Assembly (NCBI GenBank): GCA_048882505.1 | Contig: JBHLRO010000004.1 | Coordinates: 80,193-112,192, forward strand | Length of the DNA stretch: 32,000 nt | DNA from: Candidatus Thorarchaeota archaeon | GTDB taxonomy: Archaea > Asgardarchaeota > Heimdallarchaeia > Hodarchaeales > Hodarchaeaceae | Direction of reading: 5' to 3' | Shown: positions 8,132 through 16,133 of the stretch, piece by piece | Numbering within the stretch: the first letter of the stretch is position 1 | Layout: each line of letters begins with the position of its first letter | Program-made: the position numbers and the translations under genes | Notes under the pieces: model-generated | Seen by the model: only the letters and a program-made list of their open reading frames with translations | What the model was told of the DNA's origin: nothing | Database searches by the model: none

Positions 8132-9757
8132 TCAGGGGACTTTGTATATCGATATATTCTGGATTACCTGAATATTGGTGAAATCCTCCAAGTTTAGATT
8201 AAGATATAATTTGGTGCTTTTAGTAACACTTCCTTCCCAATCTACCGAGACTATGAACCTTCCGACTAAATAATATGGAGGAACAATGACGAAGTCGCCA
8301 GGAAGATAATCTGATATGGTTTGGAAGACTTTAAAACGCGAATGGTTGGTCTCGGTAAAGGCCAGGAAGGCACGAAACTGATTCCAATCACAATGTATTG
8401 TTGACCCTCCCTCATCCCATTCGCTCAAGCTAAGCGCGACTAAATATTCACCATGACTTACTGACGTTTTTAGGAGAAGATTCTCGAAGTTGGAATTTCC
8501 CTCAATAAGAACAGATTGCGAACTGGTTACCATAGGTGTAAATGTTATGGGATTTATCAAAATACCCAAGATTCCTAGCACAAGAAACCTTTGGCGTCTT
8601 TCGAATTTCAGTCCATTAAATTTCTGCAAAATGGCAGCAGCTAGAAGGTAAATCCCACTAGAAAAGATTCTTTCAGGTCCAAAATCGCCTATGAAGAAGG
8701 TACTGGCCAGAAGTAATATAACACATCCTGTGGACAGATCAAAGAAGGTATAGGTTTTGTCTTTCCACCACAGGTAAACAAACCAAAGAAAACCGAAACC
8801 TGTAAGCATAATTGTAAGGAGGAACCAAAACGCGGTATTCGTGGAATAAGAAAGGACGGTAGACGAGATTGAAAAGCTTGTTATCGTATTAAATAGGAAT
8901 TCTACCATCAAGGTGAGATATTTAGGGATTAAAAGTAGAATTAAAACTGCCAAAAGTAATGGGCCGAAAAAGAATAAGAAATAATATCCCCGGAAGTTAA
9001 CCTTTGAGATTAGATCTATTAAATGTCCTAGATCTTCATGAAAGTTTTTAGAAGAGTCTCCAAGGCGTTTGTACAATCCAATGCATATTGATGGAAAAGC
9101 CACAGTAGCAAGGCTGACAAAAAATAAGAGGTAATGGGTAAAAAAGATTAAAGCCATTCCAGCCCCGACCCGTTTGTAAGTTGCATTTAACAAGATTAAA
9201 AGAAGCCAAATTAATGCAAATGACTCACGTAACCCGATCCACCATGAAGGACTTATAAAAAAGAATGAATTAACAATAATCGAAGTTATAATGAATGAAA
9301 GTGGCTTAGAAGTATATTTGCAAAGAAAAATGAACAGAAGTACTGATTTTATTGCTGCAGTAGCTAATAAGAGAATGTGGTAAGCCAAAAGCCACGCATT
9401 ATTTCCCATAAACAGAAATAGAAATCTGCTTAGTATGAAGAAGGATAACAAGGGAATGAGTGCCAAAGAATAGTTATCAAAAAAGCTGATGTTAAGGGGA
9501 TCCATAGTATATTGGATATTCCGGCTGATTTGCGTAAATACTCGTAATTCACCTGCCTGGTCGATTCCAACAAAAACTACGTCGCGCCCCCAGAAAATTA
9601 ACCAATATTCAACTAGAATTTGAACCAATAACAATAATATGGGTAATATCTTTCCCCTACGAGTTTCCCAATCCAGGCCCATGGCTGTCGAAAACATCAT
9701 GGCAAGTGTTATAAGAATTATTACAACAATAAAAAATAAATTCAGGAAATAAGTCAT
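8132..9757 (-). CDS. Polytopic membrane protein, possible GT-C-type glycosyltransferase or polymerase
   Basis: Many hydrophobic helices plus a soluble C-terminal domain; lies between GT2 and GT4 genes. Function inferred from context only. Confidence 0.55.
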   Translation of the reverse strand: MTYFLNLFFIVVIILITLAMMFSTAMGLDWETRRGKILPILLLLVQILVEYWLIFWGRDVVFVGIDQAGELRVFTQISRNIQYTMDPLNISFFDNYSLALIPLLSFFILSRFLFLFMGNNAWLLAYHILLLATAAIKSVLLFIFLCKYTSKPLSFIITSIIVNSFFFISPSWWIGLRESFALIWLLLILLNATYKRVGAGMALIFFTHYLLFFVSLATVAFPSICIGLYKRLGDSSKNFHEDLGHLIDLISKVNFRGYYFLFFFGPLLLAVLILLLIPKYLTLMVEFLFNTITSFSISSTVLSYSTNTAFWFLLTIMLTGFGFLWFVYLWWKDKTYTFFDLSTGCVILLLASTFFIGDFGPERIFSSGIYLLAAAILQKFNGLKFERRQRFLVLGILGILINPITFTPMVTSSQSVLIEGNSNFENLLLKTSVSHGEYLVALSLSEWDEGGSTIHCDWNQFRAFLAFTETNHSRFKVFQTISDYLPGDFVIVPPYYLVGRFIVSVDWEGSVTKSTKLYLNLNLEDFTNIQVIQNISIYKVP

Positions 9758-9765
9758 CTAGGGAA

Positions 9766-10830
9766 TCACGTGCTGGTTACATCTTCAAGAACTTCTTCGA
9801 TTTTATCGAGGGTTTTTTTCCATGAGAACTTCCGTGCATAAGCTGTATGTCTGGAAGCTACCATCTTCCTTAGTTTTGGATTCGAAGCAAGATCTAAAAG
9901 CATTTCTTTAAATTGTTCGCTATTTCTTGCTAGAGAAAGTCCAATATTAGCGAACTCCTTATGGCTCCCTTTATTGAATGCAACAATGGGGATTCCGCTT
10001 CTCATAGCTTCGAAAATGGGGAGATTAAATCCTTCCCATGACGAATATGTCGCATAGATATCGGCAGCGCTGTACATCCCACATAAATCATCATCATTAA
10101 GAGAACCAAAATACTTTACAGTATCTGTATGATCCTGAATTGCCTGAAGTAACTTGGTGGCATATTTTCTATCGCTGGTTGCAGATCCGATTAATACTAA
10201 TGCGAGAGAAGGTTCAATGGAACGTAGATCATTTAATGTGGCAATAAGCTTGTGTATTCGTTTATGAGGGCTCCAGCGTCCTACAAACAAAACCACGATT
10301 CGTTTCTTTAGATCTAATTCTTGGCGGATCTTCTCTCTCTTAGCTGAGGAGAAAGAAAAATTATCCGTAATTCCATTGTAGATCACTATGGATCTTCTTC
10401 GATAAACTATCCAATTTATACGCTCTAAAAACCTACTAATAGTTATAATACGGTCTGCAAACCGTAGGCTTGGTACACGCATAAAAAATTCCAAGGAATA
10501 ACGAATCCTCGCACTCCCACCAAACAACCAAGGGAATGCTGTTCCATGATCGTGGATAACCAATGGTCGTTTTAGTTTCAGCTTTAGATATGCAGAAAGA
10601 GGTTCAAGAATGCCATAATGGCAATAAATGACATCTATCTTACGAAACTTCTCGATATTTATAGACTGGGAGATTTTCTGTATCGCAAACCGAGCTTCCC
10701 TGGAATTACCACCAGACGTTAACATAAGGACTTCATGCCCTAGATCAATCAATCCGTTACCAATCTGAATCGCGACTCTTGAGACGCCACTTCCTGGATT
10801 TATTAATGAATTGAGCAAGAGGATCTTCAT
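9766..10830 (-). CDS. GT4 glycosyltransferase
   Basis: LFVGRWSPHK and SSWEGFNLPIFEAMRSG (E-x7-E). ATG at 10830 preferred; in-frame GTG at 10842 is the alternative. Confidence 0.92.
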   Translation of the reverse strand: MKILLLNSLINPGSGVSRVAIQIGNGLIDLGHEVLMLTSGGNSREARFAIQKISQSINIEKFRKIDVIYCHYGILEPLSAYLKLKLKRPLVIHDHGTAFPWLFGGSARIRYSLEFFMRVPSLRFADRIITISRFLERINWIVYRRRSIVIYNGITDNFSFSSAKREKIRQELDLKKRIVVLFVGRWSPHKRIHKLIATLNDLRSIEPSLALVLIGSATSDRKYATKLLQAIQDHTDTVKYFGSLNDDDLCGMYSAADIYATYSSWEGFNLPIFEAMRSGIPIVAFNKGSHKEFANIGLSLARNSEQFKEMLLDLASNPKLRKMVASRHTAYARKFSWKKTLDKIEEVLEDVTST

Positions 10831-10848
10831 GGCTATTCTCACAGGGTT

Positions 10849-12063
10849 TCATTCTGCATATAATCTTTTAACCGATGAAAACACTTCGGATCGGGAAAAA
10901 CGCTCACGCAAATACTCAAAGTTCTGTATTGCTAATACATCACGGTTTTTTAATGTGTAGATTTCCCATATATTCTGTTCTAGTGTTTTTATATCTCGAG
11001 GTTGACAAAATCGTACCCCTGGCGCAGTTTCACGGCCGCCCATGTTAACAACCCCCCGTGGGCCAGGTAGGTTGGATATTATGGGAAGTGCTCCCATTTG
11101 CATTGCTTCAGCGATAACAATTCCGAAACCTTCGTTATTGTTCTCTGAGGGTAGAATTAGACAGTCGACGGCTTTTAATACATCTTGGTATTTGATTCTG
11201 GGTAAATATCCTAGGAATTGTACTGAGGATCCAATGCCCATTAGCTCAGATAAATCTTCATAGAAGGTTCGCATGGGCCCTTCACCTACAACGACTAGAT
11301 GTGCTTTAGGGTGTCTACGATAGAATTTCCGCCAGGCCCCAAGTACAATGTCCAGACGTTTGTATGATAATCTTTTCCTTAATCCTCCAATAAACGCAGC
11401 GAGAAAAACCTCTGGAGAATAGCCAAGTTCTTCTTTCTTCCGATTCTTTTCTTTTTTAGATAAGGGATGTGAATTATTTGGCAGAAAGAATGGGGGGATA
11501 ATAATCAACTCATTTACATATTTGCCAATTGACATAAACGATCTGAAATATTGAAGTGAAGAAAATGAAAATTTCTTGATTAACCTGCCCCAGATTGTCC
11601 ATGATACCATCCGATATACTTGAAATAATCTTTGGAGAACTCCTGTCATGAATGTTCCCTCGCCTAATATGACCTCATTAATGACTGTACAAACGACTCT
11701 CTTCTTGCTTCTTAAGGCATAAATGACTCCCACATCTAAACTCACGGGGAATGGTTTTACGACATGTATAATATCAGGATTTATTTTTTTTAGAAGCTGA
11801 TATAATGTTGTGGGGTTTATGAGAGGCGAATCATGAATCCACTTCCAAGGTTGGAGTTGATATATTGTTGCATTCCCATTCTGGATTAGTGGCCGTTCCG
11901 TATCGATAACCATAGATTTATTCGGTGTAGTCGTGACAATAATGACCTCATGACCTAGTTGAATTGCAAAGTTGGCAATCAACTTGATGTGATTTTGTAA
12001 GCCACCAATTGATGGCAAAAAGCTGATTGTTATTATGACGATCTTCTGGGGTTGGCTTGCCAA
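10849..12063 (-). CDS. GT4 glycosyltransferase
   Basis: IGGLQNH, VVGEGPMR, LPSENNNEGFGIVIAEAM; TTG start with GGTG upstream. Confidence 0.92.
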   Translation of the reverse strand: MASQPQKIVIITISFLPSIGGLQNHIKLIANFAIQLGHEVIIVTTTPNKSMVIDTERPLIQNGNATIYQLQPWKWIHDSPLINPTTLYQLLKKINPDIIHVVKPFPVSLDVGVIYALRSKKRVVCTVINEVILGEGTFMTGVLQRLFQVYRMVSWTIWGRLIKKFSFSSLQYFRSFMSIGKYVNELIIIPPFFLPNNSHPLSKKEKNRKKEELGYSPEVFLAAFIGGLRKRLSYKRLDIVLGAWRKFYRRHPKAHLVVVGEGPMRTFYEDLSELMGIGSSVQFLGYLPRIKYQDVLKAVDCLILPSENNNEGFGIVIAEAMQMGALPIISNLPGPRGVVNMGGRETAPGVRFCQPRDIKTLEQNIWEIYTLKNRDVLAIQNFEYLRERFSRSEVFSSVKRLYAE

Positions 12064-12148
12064 AACGATTTACACCAAGAAAGACTTATTACTTTTCCAG
12101 TTCTCGATCAAGTGAAGACTAGGTTAAAGTTTGTGGTTTGATTAGAGA

Positions 12149-13066
12149 GTGAATATTACAATATCCATGCTGAAATCCATGAACAGCAACTTCTCTGAAA
12201 GTGAATTGGCGATTTTGGCCACTGTGTGCTATTTCGACATCTTTGACTATCCATTAACAGTTCCTGAAATTCACCAGAATCTAATTCGGATAGCTTTACC
12301 ATTTGACTCCCTATTATTTGCACTAAAAAATGAACCCCTTCGAAGCATCTTAGTTCACAAAAAGGGGTACTACGTATTAGCTGGACGCGAGGAAATCATC
12401 AATATACGAAATTCTCGTTTTGAGTTTTCTCAACGGTATCTTTGGCCGCTAGCTATCAAATATGGTTGGTATATCGCAAATCTTCCGTATGTGCGTATGG
12501 TTGGCGTTACTGGTAGTTTATCAATGAATAATACGTTCAAATATTCAGATATTGATTTTTTCATCGTAGCAAAGGCCAAGCGCGTATGGGTATGTAGGCT
12601 TCTCGTTTTCCTACTACAAAAACTAAGTGAACTCAATGGTACGGTGCTCTGTCCAAATTACATCATTTCAGAAGAGAACCTCGCCATAAGCGAACAAGAT
12701 CTATTTACAGCATATCAATTAACTCATATAATCCCAATCATAAATTCAGCAATGTATAAACGGATCTTGAGAAAAAACAATTGGATTTCTAGATTCCTCC
12801 CCAACACTAGAAATGGTAGAACAGCAAGACTCCCACTCCAGACAAATCACCCATTAAAGACTTTAGCAGAATTTGCTTTAAATAATCCCCTTGGGATTTG
12901 GTTGGATCTTGGAGAGCGAGCCCGAGTCCTCAAAAAATATGGTAATATTGAATCCTCATCAAAAGAAACATCATTTCTTCCCGATAGATATAAGGGACAC
13001 TTTTCAGGCCATGCTAAAAGGACTGAGGAGCTGTTCCTGCAAAGATTAGAGGAAATTCTGCTTTAG
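12149..13066 (+). CDS. Pol-beta-superfamily nucleotidyltransferase-domain protein with N-terminal helical/wHTH-like region
   Basis: VGVTGSLSMNNTFKYSDIDFFIV (GS-x10-DxD); N-terminal AILATVCYFDIFDYPLT. Confidence 0.75.
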   Translation: MNITISMLKSMNSNFSESELAILATVCYFDIFDYPLTVPEIHQNLIRIALPFDSLLFALKNEPLRSILVHKKGYYVLAGREEIINIRNSRFEFSQRYLWPLAIKYGWYIANLPYVRMVGVTGSLSMNNTFKYSDIDFFIVAKAKRVWVCRLLVFLLQKLSELNGTVLCPNYIISEENLAISEQDLFTAYQLTHIIPIINSAMYKRILRKNNWISRFLPNTRNGRTARLPLQTNHPLKTLAEFALNNPLGIWLDLGERARVLKKYGNIESSSKETSFLPDRYKGHFSGHAKRTEELFLQRLEEILL

Positions 13067-13069
13067 GAA

Positions 13070-13090
13070 GATGGAGAAATTTCATCCATC
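13070..13090. other. Short intergenic hairpin between the NTase and MTase genes
   Basis: GATGGA-GAAATTTC-A-TCCATC inverted repeat. Confidence 0.3.
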
Positions 13091-13143
13091 ACGTTCTCCA
13101 ATGAAAACATGTCAAAATTTCCTGTTAGAAAGAACTGGTACTA

Positions 13144-13938
13144 ATGAAATCGCCCTATTACAAGCAGATTGCCAAATACTATGATCTCGACGCTTTAGAT
13201 TTTGAGAAACGCTATTCTGTTAACCATATACTCCAGAAAATCCGAAATGATTTTCGAAAAGTAACCGAAAGATATGTTTGGGATTCTGCTCTTGAAATTG
13301 GAATAGGTCCGGGAATGGACTTACTTTACTTCTCTAGAAAATATCCTGGAAGGGAATTCTACGGAATTGATATAAGCCTGGAAATGATCAAAATTGCTCG
13401 GGAAAAACTCCAGGAAAATCAAATCACCAATGTACGCATATTTCGCACTGTTCCAGAGAATCTAAATAGAATGATTACTCCACGAATAGATCTAATTTAT
13501 TGTTATTTTGGTGCCTTAAATACAGTACGAAGTCTAGAGAGTATCGTTGAAGTTTTTGACGAGATTCTATCCATTGATGGCATTTTGGTGCTTACATTTA
13601 TCAATAAATGGTATTTATTTGATTTAGTTTATAATGTGATGCTTTTACGATTTCAAGCTTCATCTGCACGCATTAAGAATACCTGGAAGGGATATTCCCT
13701 TGATAAAAACCTGAAAACAACCTGCAGATCTTCCAAAGAAATCAGCGAAACATTTAATCCAGCTTTCAAATTGGTAGAAAAGAAAGGATATTCAATTTTC
13801 TATCCTGCCTGGCCTAGGGCTAGATTTTTCCCACGAGGTAGATTTACTGATCTCTTATGGAGGATTGATCAAGCCCTTAACAGGACGGCCCTATGGCAAT
13901 TTGGTGAATACAGTTTATATGTGTTTAAGAGGAAATAA
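13144..13938 (+). CDS. Class I SAM-dependent methyltransferase
   Basis: Motif I ALEIGIGPG, GIDISLEMI, LIYCYFGALN. Confidence 0.9.
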   Translation: MKSPYYKQIAKYYDLDALDFEKRYSVNHILQKIRNDFRKVTERYVWDSALEIGIGPGMDLLYFSRKYPGREFYGIDISLEMIKIAREKLQENQITNVRIFRTVPENLNRMITPRIDLIYCYFGALNTVRSLESIVEVFDEILSIDGILVLTFINKWYLFDLVYNVMLLRFQASSARIKNTWKGYSLDKNLKTTCRSSKEISETFNPAFKLVEKKGYSIFYPAWPRARFFPRGRFTDLLWRIDQALNRTALWQFGEYSLYVFKRK

Positions 13939-14899
13939 GACCGTGTCGGTCAAGTACTTCTGAAATCCCTTGCTTTAAATTCGGGTAAATGGGTTGATAT
14001 TTTCGATAAAATTCGGTATGTTTTGTATTAATTTTCAAAGAAAAATTAAATGCCTCCTTAACAGCCTTACCATACCTACATCTAACGTACAAATTCGAAA
14101 ATTTCTTTACGGGGAGTCCTGAAAGTTCCGAAATCATACTTGAAAAATCCCGTTGCCTGATGGGTTTACCAATAAACAAATTAAAAATCCCCCTGCTTTT
14201 CTGAGATGCTATCCAATAAACCATTTCAGCACAGTCTGCGACATGAATAAGAGACATCCAATTATTCCCCTCTCCGTATAAGGGGACAAAACCGCTTGAT
14301 TGCATTGGCTTCAGGTAAAATCGCTCAAACCACGAGCCTGAACCATAAATCCAGCCAGGTTTACAGATTATTACTGGAAACTCTTCATTTAGGTTTAATG
14401 CACGATATATTGGAAATTCTCCTCTCAAATATTGCTTGGAATAACTATCCGGAACTAATCGTGCGTTTTCAGTTACTCTTTCATCTCTAGAGCCATAAGT
14501 CAAAGATCCAGACAAATAGACCAATTTTATGTCATGTTCTGACTTGAGGATCCAATCAATTAATCTTTTATTAGCGCGGTAGCTTCTGTTTGCTGCGATC
14601 ATTCTACCAAGGGATCTTTTACCCGAAATACGTGCTAAATGAAATACTAGGGTAGGGGGATATTCTTGAAAAGATTGCCAGGGATAATTAGTGATTGATC
14701 CATTAACAAGTCTGATTTCTTTCTTAGAATGGGTTCTTGCTTTTTGTAGAGGATTCTTATGTATCATACAGATTATTTGGGTGTTATAATCAATTAGGAC
14801 CCGTAATAAATGACGCCCCAAAAAACCACTCCCCCCTAGCAATAGACATCTATTTTCCTTTTGAAATTCGTTTATAGATTGCGACATGCTTTTGCGCAT
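13925..14899 (-). CDS. NAD-dependent epimerase/dehydratase (extended SDR)
   Basis: LLGGSGFLG, YLSGSLTYG, YxxxY..GE region, KPGWIYG, IHVADCA. Start at ATG 14899 or 14887. Confidence 0.88.
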   Translation of the reverse strand: MRKSMSQSINEFQKENRCLLLGGSGFLGRHLLRVLIDYNTQIICMIHKNPLQKARTHSKKEIRLVNGSITNYPWQSFQEYPPTLVFHLARISGKRSLGRMIAANRSYRANKRLIDWILKSEHDIKLVYLSGSLTYGSRDERVTENARLVPDSYSKQYLRGEFPIYRALNLNEEFPVIICKPGWIYGSGSWFERFYLKPMQSSGFVPLYGEGNNWMSLIHVADCAEMVYWIASQKSRGIFNLFIGKPIRQRDFSSMISELSGLPVKKFSNLYVRCRYGKAVKEAFNFSLKINTKHTEFYRKYQPIYPNLKQGISEVLDRHGLISS

Positions 14900-16028
14900 T
14901 TCCCTGCCAATCTAATTGGTTTTTTATAAAAGTTTTATATCCTTCTTCTCCTATTTCTTTCGCAGTTCTAGGATTTTCTTCAAGGAATTTCAATTCTGAG
15001 AATAATTCTTCCGCATCCTTGGGGGAAACCAAAATTCCATTTACCCGATGCTCGATATATTGACTTATCCCTTCGCCATTTATCCCAATTATTGGTACTT
15101 TTACCGACATTGCTTCAAAATATACAGTACCCATGGCCTCCACAAAACTGGGTAGGACAAAGACGTTTGACCTAGAAATTCGTTTAACTACTTCCCGATT
15201 TGGTAAGTATCCCGTCAATTCCACCCGCGATTGTATTCGATATTTGGAAATCAATTGTCTGATATTTTCAAATTCAGGCCCATCCCCGATGAGAACTAAT
15301 CGTGATCGTGGATTTATTTTCATTAGCTTAGCAAAGGATTCAATGAGTGTGTCAATGCCTTTGGTCTTTATAAACCTCGCAACACAAATTACGGTAAAAT
15401 CAGAGGGCAGCTGCTTCTTGAAGTTATAATTATGTGCCCCCCAAGGTATTACTGAATATGAATGCTTCCCAGCGAGATTTAATCCAATTTTATTAAGTTT
15501 CTCTGAAGCATAGATCACATGATTTGCCTTTCTAATTGTGTCAATTATTACTGTCCTCAGATACTTGTTTTGGGAAGCAACTACCATCAATTCTGAGTCA
15601 TGAATGGAAACAATAAGAGAGGCGTTACGTTTTAAATCCAAAAGCGCTTGTCCTGCCAATAAACATGAATGAGCATGAATAACATCTCCTTCTCTTAGTA
15701 CAAATGACTCTACCTCTTTTCGAATGGCGTTACGGTATAGAAAACGTTGTATTCGATAGAACATACCCCCGATTTCTTGAAATTTGGGAATAAAAGGAAA
15801 AATTGGGTGGAATGTCGCGATATTACGATAGCTCTCTCTGTAAGGAATTTTTAATAGCGTATCCCAACGTCCTTTAAACCCCCTTATCGGCAGAATCCAG
15901 GGAATGGGAACAATAATGCGTACTTCATATCCTAATTTACTGAACACGATAGCCTGGTCACTGTAGATCCGTCCTCCCATGGGATAAGCTGGAGAGGGAA
16001 ATCTAGGAGAAACGATCAAGATTTTCAT
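14850..16028 (-). CDS. GT4 glycosyltransferase (TuaC-like)
   Basis: CVARFIKTKG, IGDGPE, LPSFVEAMGTVYFEAM. Confidence 0.92.
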   Translation of the reverse strand: MKILIVSPRFPSPAYPMGGRIYSDQAIVFSKLGYEVRIIVPIPWILPIRGFKGRWDTLLKIPYRESYRNIATFHPIFPFIPKFQEIGGMFYRIQRFLYRNAIRKEVESFVLREGDVIHAHSCLLAGQALLDLKRNASLIVSIHDSELMVVASQNKYLRTVIIDTIRKANHVIYASEKLNKIGLNLAGKHSYSVIPWGAHNYNFKKQLPSDFTVICVARFIKTKGIDTLIESFAKLMKINPRSRLVLIGDGPEFENIRQLISKYRIQSRVELTGYLPNREVVKRISRSNVFVLPSFVEAMGTVYFEAMSVKVPIIGINGEGISQYIEHRVNGILVSPKDAEELFSELKFLEENPRTAKEIGEEGYKTFIKNQLDWQGNAQKHVAIYKRISKGK

Positions 16029-16133
16029 TAAATTCTACCAATTTATTCTCTTAGAACCAGCCTTTTTTTACCTAGTTAAGAACTAGTTCTCTACAAACAA
16101 AACCAAGAACATCCACTCTACTGTGTTCCCTGC

